This document shows, in pieces, positions 46,553 to 55,654 of a stretch of 64,000 nt of DNA; the stretch's first letter is position 1; every line of letters starts with the position of its first letter. Location: contig CAYXYJ010000002.1 in assembly GCA_964469295.1 (NCBI GenBank), positions 15,641 to 79,640 on the forward strand, read 5' to 3'. Below the pieces are notes generated by a model, which searched no databases, was not told the origin of the DNA, and worked only from the letters and a program-made list of their open reading frames with translations. Origin of the DNA: an uncultured Candidatus Saccharibacteria bacterium (GTDB lineage: Bacteria; Patescibacteriota; Minisyncoccia; Phycocordibacterales; UBA918). The position numbers were made by a program, and so were the translations under genes.

Positions 46553-47399
46553 AATCTGCAGTCTGTTTTAACTGCTCAAAATACTGCACCACCAGACTCT
46601 CGGCTGCCAACAAGTCATTTTGACCGTATTCACCGTAGGCCATACCACGCTTGGCATAGGCTGCACCAAGGGCACGATAATCAACTGCATTAGCTGGATC
46701 AACCATTGACATTATTTCAGCAGTCAAAAAGCCATTTACTGCCCGGGCTGGTGGATAGGTCAAGGCAACAGTCGAATCAAATGGGCTGGTCGGAATGTGA
46801 GTCAAAAGCTCGACACCAGTTACTCGTTGATGAAATGCAGGCTGTTTATACCGGACATTCAACAAGTGCATCAAGTACCACACCTCATCTTGAATTTGGT
46901 ACAACAGTTCGCGCTGCGGGTATTCAGCCAATACCATACTAAAAGGCATCTGATCGTCAAAGAGAAAATTATCGATTCGATCAAACTTGGCATTAGCAAC
47001 AAGATTTGGCGATAAGACTGATCTGGCAGCTGTATAATCCGTTTTATCGCTGACTGAGGATTCACTCGGCGCAGAAATCTTTATTACGGCGTCAGCATCA
47101 GGCACCAGGTTAAAAGTAACAGTGTTTTGCTTATGCTCAGTAACTAAATCGAGAACCTCGTTGCGAATTTGTGCGGCTTTGGCTGGATCCATCGGTTCAA
47201 CATACCCAAATGGCATTTCACTGACTTCCTCAACTTCTGCTGGCAATGGTTCCTGATTCCAATACAGCCAACCAAAAAATGCGCCGCCAACAACTGCGCC
47301 CAAGACACATAGAAAGAGTAGTCGCTTGGTCTGCTGCTGGCGTGTTAGCTTTACTCGCTCACCCGAGAACACTACATCATTTCCTGGTTCCATATTCAA
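46518..47399 (-). CDS. Hypothetical membrane-anchored protein
   Basis: 293 aa, single N-terminal TM helix (LLFLCVLGAVVGGAFFGWLYW). Confidence 0.35.
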   Translation of the reverse strand: MNMEPGNDVVFSGERVKLTRQQQTKRLLFLCVLGAVVGGAFFGWLYWNQEPLPAEVEEVSEMPFGYVEPMDPAKAAQIRNEVLDLVTEHKQNTVTFNLVPDADAVIKISAPSESSVSDKTDYTAARSVLSPNLVANAKFDRIDNFLFDDQMPFSMVLAEYPQRELLYQIQDEVWYLMHLLNVRYKQPAFHQRVTGVELLTHIPTSPFDSTVALTYPPARAVNGFLTAEIMSMVDPANAVDYRALGAAYAKRGMAYGEYGQNDLLAAESLVVQYFEQLKQTADYETIYGTYKNR

Positions 47400-47483
47400 T
47401 GGTCATTAATAATACTATAAGTAATTATACTGGGTTTCCTGTAGTCACGATTGGTAATTATCCCCTTTTTATTTATTATAAGC

Positions 47484-48395
47484 CTACGCCGGGCGGCGAC
47501 GAAGTGCCTCGTGCGCACCATAGACTTTGGCTGTGTATTCGCGCGCATGTTCTTTGTAACGCGAGCGCCATTCCTCGAGCATCGCGGTCGTCGCCATACC
47601 AGCATAGACATCATATCCGGTCAAAATATAGGCTTCATCAAACAACGCGACCGTGTCAGCCGGCGATGGAAAAGTAGCCGCAAACTGTTTAATGATCTGC
47701 TCGAGATTACCCATGCCCGCGTTATAGCTACCGATCAAAACCGGGGCCAGAAAACAAACTGCAAATGCTTCCTCGTTCCCGGCAAAATGGTTCTCGCGGA
47801 TGAGCGCCAATTCGGCTCGGCAGGTGGTGGTAATATGCTGATAGGCTTGGACAAATAACCGTCCGGCCACTTTTATTTGTGCTACTACATCATCAGGCTG
47901 TTCGGTTGGCAGTGCGAGTTCATCCCAGGTGGCTGGCATGAGTTGCATGAGGCCAAAGGCACCAGCAGAACTGGTGCGATCAGACGTAAACCGCGACTCC
48001 ACAAACGCCAGGCCGGGGATCAGATTCGTGATGGTGGTACGAAGCGCATAATTATCAATCGCCGAGACATCAAAATGCTCGGTCAGTAACTGGATGATGG
48101 TATCGGTATCATCAATAGTAACTAATTCCGCTGCATACTGGTCGGCAAAGGCGTCCCGTTCAGCATTGAAATACGTACTATTCGATTTGTCATATTCGAC
48201 CGCTTCGGTAGTTTCGGGACCGGCCAGGGATTCTTCGACCGCTGGTTCCGGTACGGGCGGGGCGGCGGCTGGTAATTCGGGATTATCAGATGGCGCGGAT
48301 TCACCAAAACGGCCGGCCGCCACAGCAGCGCCAACCGCCGCCCCGCCCATACCAGCCAAAAACCCTCGCCGTGTCCATTGTTTCCCTCGCTCCAT
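47484..48395 (-). CDS. Lytic transglycosylase (SLT domain) with twin-arginine-like signal
   Basis: TRRGFLAGMGGAAVGAAVAA N-terminus; catalytic ESRFTSDRTSSAGAFGLMQLMP; 5' part of the gene is GC-enriched. Confidence 0.6.
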   Translation of the reverse strand: MERGKQWTRRGFLAGMGGAAVGAAVAAGRFGESAPSDNPELPAAAPPVPEPAVEESLAGPETTEAVEYDKSNSTYFNAERDAFADQYAAELVTIDDTDTIIQLLTEHFDVSAIDNYALRTTITNLIPGLAFVESRFTSDRTSSAGAFGLMQLMPATWDELALPTEQPDDVVAQIKVAGRLFVQAYQHITTTCRAELALIRENHFAGNEEAFAVCFLAPVLIGSYNAGMGNLEQIIKQFAATFPSPADTVALFDEAYILTGYDVYAGMATTAMLEEWRSRYKEHAREYTAKVYGAHEALRRRPA

Positions 48396-48396
48396 A

Positions 48397-50652
48397 CTAT
48401 TTCGCTACCGCCACCGCATCATCAAATTTAACCGACAACAATTTAGAGACGCCATCACTCCCCATGGTCACTCCATACAAAATACTGGCTCGGCTCATCG
48501 TTTCGCGATTGTGGGTAATCAGGATCAGCTGCGATTTCTTCGCCAAGGCTTCGATCATGTCACCGTAGCGGCGACTATTGGCCTCATCAAGGGCCGCATC
48601 CGTTTCGTCGAGAATAATAAATGGTGGCGGTTGCACCTGACTCATCGCAAAAATAAGAGCAATTGATGTGAGGGCTCGTTCACCACCAGACAACATATCA
48701 AGTCCTTTCACCCGCTTATTTGGTAACGCAATATCAATCTCGACTCCTTCGGCAGTTTCATCTCCCTCCACTTCGGTTTCTGTCCCATCCTCAGCTACCT
48801 TTTTTACTTTTGGTTTAATCCGTTTTAAATCAGCACTGCCGCCACCAAACATCAGTACAAAAAATCGATTAAACTCAGTGGTAATCTTTTCCATGCCAGA
48901 AACAAATTGTTCATGCAATTGACCATTTAGTTCGGTAATGAGATTTTCAAGATTCGTCACCGATGTCGAGAGATCGGTAATTTCTCGTTCCAAAAAAGTA
49001 TCGCGTTCCATTGCCCGATTGTATTCTTCCACTACGTCAGTCGTGGCACCGATACCCAGTTCTTCTAATCTGATTTTCAATTTCTCCAGCACGCGACGTC
49101 GTTCATATTGAACAGCACGATCTTCGGCAATGATTTGTTCATTACTAATTGGTTGACCATGTTCGACAATCTCATGATTAAAGTAATGAGCCGCCGCGCT
49201 TTGTATCAACGCCACCGCTTCTTGTAATTCGCGTTTAAATTCTTCCCGATCACGTTCCAATACAGCCAATTCACGATCGATTTTTTCGATATCATTTTCG
49301 ATGGCACGCACTTGTCCAACTAAATCAAAGATATGACGCTCTTGCACGTGCGTTTCAGTCGCTTCACTTTCAATCGCTCGTTTGACCTCATTGTATCGTG
49401 CTTCGGCGGTCGCTTCGACCGTGACAGCGGATTCATGTTCTGCAGCAACAGTCAACCGTTTTTGTTCGGTTTCAGCCAACTCTTTCTGTAAATCAGCCAC
49501 GGCAGACACGACGACCGGTGCACTCCGTTGTATAAATAGTCGTAACGAAGACACGATATCTTGTAACGTGCGGCGCAATACTTCACTGCTCGTTTGTGAT
49601 TCAACAGCTGCTACATCACGTTCAAACTTAGTCACCAAATTCTCGAGCGCAGTTGCATCGACCACTGTTACTGACGATTCTTTTTCCGCCCGTTCCACCG
49701 CAGCGATTTTGCGACTGATATATGTCACCTCACCTTCAATTGCTCCCAAGGTACGCAAAATTTCATTCTTTTTTTTGCGTGCTGTTGTTAATTGTTCTTC
49801 GGCTTCCAGCAGTGCGCTAGTGTCTTTTTGCATCTCGACTTGGCGCAAAGCCGTTTTAGCAGCGACGAGCTCATTTTTTAGTCGCTCTAATTCCCTGCTT
49901 GGCGCTCGACGAGCCAATTGCAATCGATCAGTATGGTGCGCCAAATAAATATCTTCCCGTTTTAGATACGTGGCATAACAAGTTTTTAACTCCGCTTGTA
50001 CCGCCAATGATTTTTCCACCCGTTCTACTTGTTTCTTTAAATATTTTAGATGTGGCGCATGTTCGCGACGGAGCGATTCAACCTGCGCGATATTTTCTCG
50101 AGTCTTTTCGAGTTTCTTTTCCGCTTCAACTTTTTTATATTGATACACCTTTAACCCAAGCGCATCTTCGATCATCTCGCGGCGCTCTTTTCCGTTCGCA
50201 GACAAAATGCGATCAGCTTCACCCTGAGAAATAATGTGATGTCCGGTTGATCCAATATTGGCAGCGGCAAGTAACTCTTGTACGTCTTTTAGTCTTACCG
50301 CCGACCCGTTAATGCTGTATTCGTTTTGCCCATCCCGATGGACCGTCCGTTCGATTGTAATCACATCAAAATCGATAGGAAACAATCGGTTGCTATTATC
50401 GAGTTCGATGACGACTGATGCCCGATTACCTCGCGACACCTGTTCACTGCCACCCCAGATCAAATCCTCACCGCGTTTGCCCCGTAATGATTTGACCGAT
50501 TGCTCACCTAAGACAAACCGAAATGATTCCGCGACGTTACTTTTCCCCGATCCATTTGGACCCACAATCGCGGTAATGGCAGAGGAAAATTCCAATTCGC
50601 TTTTTTTGGCGAACGACTTAAAGCCATTGATGGTCAACTCGCGGAGGATCAT
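48397..50652 (-). CDS. SMC-family chromosome segregation ATPase (short, 751 aa)
   Basis: N-terminal FKSFAKKS...GPNGSGKSN Walker A, long coiled coil, C-terminal LSGGERALTSIALIFA signature and ILDETDAALD Walker B. Confidence 0.65.
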   Translation of the reverse strand: MILRELTINGFKSFAKKSELEFSSAITAIVGPNGSGKSNVAESFRFVLGEQSVKSLRGKRGEDLIWGGSEQVSRGNRASVVIELDNSNRLFPIDFDVITIERTVHRDGQNEYSINGSAVRLKDVQELLAAANIGSTGHHIISQGEADRILSANGKERREMIEDALGLKVYQYKKVEAEKKLEKTRENIAQVESLRREHAPHLKYLKKQVERVEKSLAVQAELKTCYATYLKREDIYLAHHTDRLQLARRAPSRELERLKNELVAAKTALRQVEMQKDTSALLEAEEQLTTARKKKNEILRTLGAIEGEVTYISRKIAAVERAEKESSVTVVDATALENLVTKFERDVAAVESQTSSEVLRRTLQDIVSSLRLFIQRSAPVVVSAVADLQKELAETEQKRLTVAAEHESAVTVEATAEARYNEVKRAIESEATETHVQERHIFDLVGQVRAIENDIEKIDRELAVLERDREEFKRELQEAVALIQSAAAHYFNHEIVEHGQPISNEQIIAEDRAVQYERRRVLEKLKIRLEELGIGATTDVVEEYNRAMERDTFLEREITDLSTSVTNLENLITELNGQLHEQFVSGMEKITTEFNRFFVLMFGGGSADLKRIKPKVKKVAEDGTETEVEGDETAEGVEIDIALPNKRVKGLDMLSGGERALTSIALIFAMSQVQPPPFIILDETDAALDEANSRRYGDMIEALAKKSQLILITHNRETMSRASILYGVTMGSDGVSKLLSVKFDDAVAVAK

Positions 50653-50655
50653 AGG

Positions 50656-51165
50656 TTACCAAGTGGCCGCCCCACTTGAATAGACAGCATAGGTGGTTGC
50701 ATACATCGTAGTCGTACTTCGTGAGTATTCATCAGTGAGGAGTTTAATCGTTTTTTGCTCAACTGAGTTCCATGCCATAAATTTATAATCCGTACCATTC
50801 GATCTATATAAATATCCTTGGCTAGCGTCAGTATTCGGATCCCATGGCAATTGTGCAATGAAGTCAGGCGTTAAACCACTGATATAGTTATTTGGCGTAC
50901 AGGACGCTCCGTACGTGGCATGATTTGTACCTGACCAATTGCCACTACCCTTACACCCTAATGGATACGAGCCATTCTGTGCTTTGTATAACTCAAGCGC
51001 CAACCGTACCTCTTCAAGCGAAGACTTACGGATGTCATCTCGCGCCCCACCGCGGGCACTACCGAAATTCGCGTACACAATACTGGCGAGAATCCCAATC
51101 ACACTAATAACCACCATTAATTCTACCAACGTAAAGCCTCTTTTTTGTTTAAAATTATATATCAT
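50656..51165 (-). CDS. Type IV pilin/pseudopilin (prepilin)
   Basis: Class III signal KRG|FTLVELMVVISVIGILA; likely start MIYNFKQKRG (51165); C-terminal Cys pair. Confidence 0.65.
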   Translation of the reverse strand: MIYNFKQKRGFTLVELMVVISVIGILASIVYANFGSARGGARDDIRKSSLEEVRLALELYKAQNGSYPLGCKGSGNWSGTNHATYGASCTPNNYISGLTPDFIAQLPWDPNTDASQGYLYRSNGTDYKFMAWNSVEQKTIKLLTDEYSRSTTTMYATTYAVYSSGAATW

Positions 51166-51179
51166 ATACAAATAGTATC

Positions 51180-51854
51180 TTATCGGCACGTTATCGTGGT
51201 CGTATCCTGCACATATGCTGGAGTAGTACTCGAGACATTTCGAGGAGCAGCGAATCCTCCCCAGATACCATACGAATTACTAAAAGGAGCTCGTGAAGCA
51301 TCGCATACTGCAGGCAAATTATTACTACTATACGTCACTTGACCACACCAGCCGATTACCTCGCGATCCGACGATCCGCTCACCAATGAACCTCCTTCAT
51401 TGGCCACCCGTACATCACAACTCTTTAAGGTGTGTTCATGAGTCACAACTTCAGATTCCACCGTCCGACGAGCAACTAATTTAAACACTGTTCCGTTACT
51501 GTTGGTCATATACGAATATCCCTCATTGCTTCCACGTTTGGGATCGTGGGGGAGACTAGGAATAAAAGTGGGTGCAAGACCAAGAATGTATTCCGAGCAG
51601 TCCCGTTCAAATGTCCACGTCGGACCAACGTTTCCGCAGCCAGCTTCGGGATAGCGACCGTTTTGTTGTTTGTATTGGTTAATAGCTACCTCCAGTCGTC
51701 GCAAATCGGCCTGCCGTTCGGCGTCACGCCCCTTAGCCCCGACACCCGAAAGATTCGCAATTACTATCGCTACCAAAATGCCTAAAATAGCTACAACAAC
51801 CATCAATTCAATGAGCGTAAATCCCCCGTGTTGTATGAGACGGTTTGTCGTCAT
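51180..51854 (-). CDS. Type IV pilin (prepilin)
   Basis: MTTNRLIQHGG|FTLIELMVVVAILGILVA; ORF 51929 extension rejected. Confidence 0.65.
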   Translation of the reverse strand: MTTNRLIQHGGFTLIELMVVVAILGILVAIVIANLSGVGAKGRDAERQADLRRLEVAINQYKQQNGRYPEAGCGNVGPTWTFERDCSEYILGLAPTFIPSLPHDPKRGSNEGYSYMTNSNGTVFKLVARRTVESEVVTHEHTLKSCDVRVANEGGSLVSGSSDREVIGWCGQVTYSSNNLPAVCDASRAPFSNSYGIWGGFAAPRNVSSTTPAYVQDTTTITCR

Positions 51855-51930
51855 AAATGATATATTTCTAGTGTACCATACAGAAAAGCTGGCCAGGCTA
51901 CGCCTGGCCAGCTTTTCTGTGCAAATCACC

Positions 51931-52656
51931 CTACATCAATTCCCAACCTTTCACCACAATCGCCTTCTCTGCAGCTTGTTGTTCGGCCTCTTGCTTTGAT
52001 CGACCTTTTCCTTCAGCCACTAATTCATGACGCAGATACACTCCAATAATAAATATGCGGTCATGATCCGGTCCAGATTGACCAAGCGTTTGGTACGTTG
52101 GCGTTACCGACGCGTGCTCTTGAGCTAATTCTTGGAACAAACTCTTTGGGTCTTGCCATAGCCGCTTCCGGACAATTTCTTCCGTTTTGGGGAATAGGTG
52201 TTTGGCGACAAATCCTTTCGCCACCTCATACCCCTGATCCAAATACATCGCACCAATAAACGCTTCAAACACGTTCGCCAAAATATATTGTCGAGCCCGA
52301 CCTTCATCTTTTGCTTCACCCTTAGACATCAAGAGAAATTTATTCACTCCCAATTTTTCAGACGCGGCCGATAGAGACACAGTATTAACGAGCGCGGCCC
52401 GAATTGCGGTTAACTCCCCTTCGGGCTTCTCCGGATACAAGCGAAAGAGATAGTCTGTAACGACCAATTCGAGCACCGCGTCACCCAAAAATTCTAACCG
52501 CTCGTTATGGTCTTGCACCGCTTCCCGGTGTTCGTTGAGATACGAACGATGGGTAATCGCGGACAATAAATGATTTGGCTCATGAAAAGTCACCTCGAGA
52601 ATTTCTTCGAGGGCTTTCAGATCAGCAGTAAAATCGCGCGACTCCATAGCTAGCAA
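51931..52656 (-). CDS. rnc: Ribonuclease III
   Basis: ERLEFLGDAVLELVVTDYLF signature; C-terminal dsRBD. Confidence 0.9.
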   Translation of the reverse strand: MLAMESRDFTADLKALEEILEVTFHEPNHLLSAITHRSYLNEHREAVQDHNERLEFLGDAVLELVVTDYLFRLYPEKPEGELTAIRAALVNTVSLSAASEKLGVNKFLLMSKGEAKDEGRARQYILANVFEAFIGAMYLDQGYEVAKGFVAKHLFPKTEEIVRKRLWQDPKSLFQELAQEHASVTPTYQTLGQSGPDHDRIFIIGVYLRHELVAEGKGRSKQEAEQQAAEKAIVVKGWELM

Positions 52657-52676
52657 TGATGTATTGAGAATAGCAT

Positions 52677-53579
52677 TTATTTACTCTTCTTGCCAACCAA
52701 CATAGTCACGGCCTTAGTCACAATGGGCAAAATATCTTCATAAAAATTCAATTCCAGAATATCCGCCACCTTAAACCACCGCCCGTCATCGAGACCACCT
52801 TTTTGTTCCAACACAATTTCACTGTATGGTGCTGAAGCGAGAAAATAATTAACCTGTTTGCGGACCTTACCCTTTTCCGGATGACTAGCGACGTATTCGT
52901 TCATCCCGAGTGGTGACTCAATCATTACCTCAAGACCAAGTTCTTCTTTTATACCACGAATAGCTCCAGCCTCCAGAGCTTCATTTTCTTCAATTTTTCC
53001 CTTCGATAATGTCCAATGGCCGAAAATATCATGGACCAAGGCCAGATACATTGCTCCGTTATCTTCGGCATAGACCACCGCTCCAGCCAATCGTTCAATC
53101 GGCATTTCGTGAAAGGGAATGTCTTTTTTCTTTTTGCGACCGATTTCTTCTTTGCCCGGTTCGCCAATTTCTTTGTACACCGCACCAAGCACGCCGTTCA
53201 CAAACCGACTGCTATTTTCGCCACCAAATTGCTTCGCGAGTTCAATCGCTTCATTAATCGCGACTTTTGCTGGTACTTCCCCACGATCCGCAAACAATAA
53301 TTCAAAGAGCCCAAGGCGGAGAATATTACGATCGACGGGCGAAATCCGATCAATCGGCCATTCCGGTGCCGCTTTTTCTATTACCAAATCAAGTTCTGGT
53401 TGTTTGCCGAGCACGCCATCAAGGAGCTTTTCCATAAATGGTCGGTCGGTCTTATTTGGTGCAAACTCTTCAATATTTCTATCTAAAACTTCTACAATTT
53501 CTTTTCGATCAATCGCATTCAAATCCCACTCAAACATGGTCTGAAGAACAATACTGCGTGAAAGGTGCCGGTTTGCCAT
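52677..53579 (-). CDS. nusB: NusB antitermination factor fused to C-terminal Nudix hydrolase domain
   Basis: VPAKVAINEAIELAKQFGGENSSRFVNGVL is near-identical to E. coli NusB; C-terminal half has Nudix box GKIEENEALEAGAIRGIKEELGL (GX5EX7R-G/E-UXEEXGU). Confidence 0.65.
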   Translation of the reverse strand: MANRHLSRSIVLQTMFEWDLNAIDRKEIVEVLDRNIEEFAPNKTDRPFMEKLLDGVLGKQPELDLVIEKAAPEWPIDRISPVDRNILRLGLFELLFADRGEVPAKVAINEAIELAKQFGGENSSRFVNGVLGAVYKEIGEPGKEEIGRKKKKDIPFHEMPIERLAGAVVYAEDNGAMYLALVHDIFGHWTLSKGKIEENEALEAGAIRGIKEELGLEVMIESPLGMNEYVASHPEKGKVRKQVNYFLASAPYSEIVLEQKGGLDDGRWFKVADILELNFYEDILPIVTKAVTMLVGKKSK

Positions 53580-53679
53580 AAAAAATGTACTAATCTACTA
53601 CTGTCTCCCAGTATACCCTGGATGAGTATCATCACGGGTCTTTAATCCACAAAGTCCCGCCAAGAGAGCGGGACCGTGA

Positions 53680-53943
53680 TTACTTCGTTGGTTCTGGAGC
53701 AGCCTCACCAGTTTGCGCTTTAATCGCATCGCGTTTAGCTTGCATCCGTTCGGTTCGAGCTTTGGCTTTAGCCGCCAAATCCATCACCATCCGACCGTTG
53801 TAAAAACCACAAGCAAGACACATGTGATGAGGTCGATGCATCGCGCCACAGTTCTTGCACACTGCCATTTCTGGGGTGGTAAGACCGTGATGTGAGCGTC
53901 GGTTGGCGGTGTGTGACCGCGTATGTCGCATTCGTACTACCAT
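53680..53943 (-). CDS. rpmF: 50S ribosomal protein L32 with Ala/Lys-rich C-terminal extension
   Basis: MVVRMRHTRSHTANRRSHHGL...CKNCGAMHRPHHMCLACGFYNG matches L32; ORF-track start 53952 is TTG, ATG 53943 preferred. Confidence 0.8.
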   Translation of the reverse strand: MVVRMRHTRSHTANRRSHHGLTTPEMAVCKNCGAMHRPHHMCLACGFYNGRMVMDLAAKAKARTERMQAKRDAIKAQTGEAAPEPTK

Positions 53944-53952
53944 AATGGGCAA

Positions 53953-53980
53953 AACTATAGCAAATTAGCAAAAAATTGCA
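53953..53980 (-). promoter_or_regulatory. Promoter for rpmF (near-leaderless)
   Basis: minus strand: TTGCAA, 16 nt, TATAGT; ATG 9 nt downstream. Confidence 0.5.
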
Positions 53981-53989
53981 AGCTTATTG

Positions 53990-54640
53990 CCGATGTAGAG
54001 CCCTAACGGTAGCTGTTTGATTGCGTCCGAACCCAGGCCGGTACACACTCTCCGTTCCCTGCCAAGCGACTACACTATGAGTGTTTACCGGCCTGGGTTC
54101 TCTATAAATCTTCAGTGCGGGCGACTGAAATATGAAAAAGCCGCCTTGTGGAAGGGCAGGTAGGGTCTCGACCAAACCGCAACAAACCAGGCAAAAGAAA
54201 AGGCCGCCTTGTGGAAGGGCGACCGAAGGCCGGTAGAACTAATATCGGGGTGACTAGCTAGTTCCACCCCTTTTGCGCGACACTCTCACGCGACCCGAGG
54301 CCACGAGCAAGCGTCGCCACGCTCGATGGTGGCCTTAAGGCGCGCGCGAGCTGCTTCTAGAACCAGCTGGTGCGCTACGGCCAACCTGACCGGACAAGTT
54401 TTGCGCGAAGCTGGAGGATTCAACATATCTCCCCCCTTCACACACACACCATTATTGTAATAGTAGCACCTGGTGCAAATGCTTCCTTCTGCCTTCTTTT
54501 GACTTTTCTCCACGCCCCTGCTCCTCTAACTTTTTATGGAGATTGGTATGAGGGTCGGGTATCAAAGTCGCTTAGGCCTTTTAATAGTAACACATTATTA
54601 TAAATAATACAATAGCGACCGGGTGATGACTTAAAATGAA
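53990..54640. other. GC-rich structured non-coding island (candidate ncRNA(s) or acquired element)
   Basis: Hairpin with 22-bp arms 54029-54050 / 54079-54100; two minus-strand terminator-like hairpins with identical loop cuuccacaa at 54128-54160 and 54193-54224; plus-strand ggggtg...cacccc tttt hairpin 54247-54274; (CA)5 run; strongly GC-enriched versus flanks. Confidence 0.35.
54286..54426 (-). CDS. Candidate GC-rich micro-ORF F (46 aa)
   Basis: GGGGGGAG before ATG 54426; MLNPPASRKTCPVRLAVAHQLVLEAARARLKATIERGDACSWPRVA; lies inside the GC-rich island; speculative. Confidence 0.2.
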   Translation of the reverse strand: MLNPPASRKTCPVRLAVAHQLVLEAARARLKATIERGDACSWPRVA

Positions 54641-54642
54641 TA

Positions 54643-54680
54643 TTAAAAGGGCCGGATTCCGCAAGGCGGAATCCGGCCCA
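54643..54680 (-). terminator. Rho-independent terminator (minus strand) after micro-ORF D
   Basis: gggccggattccgc aa ggcggaatccggccc; on the minus strand followed by ttttaatat. Confidence 0.55.
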
Positions 54681-54691
54681 ATCGTCGTCCA

Positions 54692-54862
54692 TCAGGCGAC
54701 GAACTGCCGGAAAAACGGATTCATCTGCCACAGCGACAGGCCGATCTTCATTTGCGCCGCCGCCAGCGCCATGACGGCGTCATGGGCGATGGCCACCAGC
54801 TGGAGATGCGGCGGCGTCACACCAAAGCCGCTGTGCGGAATCGTATTGCCCACATGGGTCAT
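54692..54862 (-). CDS. Candidate GC-rich micro-ORF D (56 aa)
   Basis: ATG 54862; MTHVGNTIPHSGFGVTPPHLQLVAIAHDAVMALAAAQMKIGLSLWQMNPFFRQFVA; own terminator; below the ORF-track length cutoff; no clear SD. Confidence 0.3.
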   Translation of the reverse strand: MTHVGNTIPHSGFGVTPPHLQLVAIAHDAVMALAAAQMKIGLSLWQMNPFFRQFVA

Positions 54863-54921
54863 ATTTTACACTTTCTTTTCTGTTGCACTTCATCCATCGC
54901 TGACGATGGCGAAGTCACACC

Positions 54922-55554
54922 TTACAATATTTTAATATTTTTGCAATAGCTGGCGCGATGTTCGGTCGAAAACCCATGCTCGGCGATTAATTGTCGGTGA
55001 CGCGCCGTGCCGTACCCTTTGTGCCGGGCAAAATCGTAGGGGGTGAAGGCGGGTCGCGTCGCGACTCGCCGCATATACGCATCGCGTGTCACTTTCGCCA
55101 TAATCGATGCCAATCCAATTACCGGTTCTTTGGCGTCGCCTTTAATAATCGTTTCTTTGTGGATACAATAAGTTGGTGCTGTGAGACTCCCATCAAGCAA
55201 TACCCGGACATTATTCCAATCGATTGTTTGTCCTACCGCGTCACCGCACTGCCCAACCACTGTCCGAATGCCTCGTTCAATACATTCCCGAATCACCACC
55301 GCGATACCTCGCGTATCAATCGTTTTGGCACTCGCCATCTCAACCGTAGACCATACCTTTTCCGTTTTTGCCAATTGCATCGCCATACCGTATACGGCGT
55401 TACGTTTTTTTTCAGAAATCGCTTTACTATCACCTACCCCAGGAAGCAAATTCCAGTCAAAATCATACGGAATCAGTACGACCCCGACCGCTACCGGTCC
55501 TGCAAGCGGCCCACGCCCTGCTTCATCAATCCCAATTACCCACCGTATACCCAT
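54922..55554 (-). CDS. rnhB: Ribonuclease HII
   Basis: GIDEAGRGPLAGPVAVGVV and DSK motifs. The long upstream ORF extension to 55851 is rejected. Extended -10 TGcTATAAT abuts ATG 55563, so 55554 is the likely leaderless start. Confidence 0.8.
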   Translation of the reverse strand: MGIRWVIGIDEAGRGPLAGPVAVGVVLIPYDFDWNLLPGVGDSKAISEKKRNAVYGMAMQLAKTEKVWSTVEMASAKTIDTRGIAVVIRECIERGIRTVVGQCGDAVGQTIDWNNVRVLLDGSLTAPTYCIHKETIIKGDAKEPVIGLASIMAKVTRDAYMRRVATRPAFTPYDFARHKGYGTARHRQLIAEHGFSTEHRASYCKNIKIL

Positions 55555-55654
55555 ACGATACATATTATAGCATGACATTGACTTTATACGAAAATATGCT
55601 ATATTATAGGTAGAGGTCGGCGAATAGGTCCACCGACAAAAAAAGGAGTGTGTC

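Noticed and set aside
53990-54640. tmRNA, RNase P RNA, SRP RNA or 6S RNA in the rpmF-rnhB non-coding island
   Set aside because: Could not find the conserved RNase P P4 strands (GGAAAGUCCGGGC / ACAGAACCCGGCUUA), the tmRNA T-arm or a tag ORF ending ALAA-stop, or the SRP domain IV GGAA/AGCAG motif on either strand by eye. Left as unassigned structured region pending covariance-model search.
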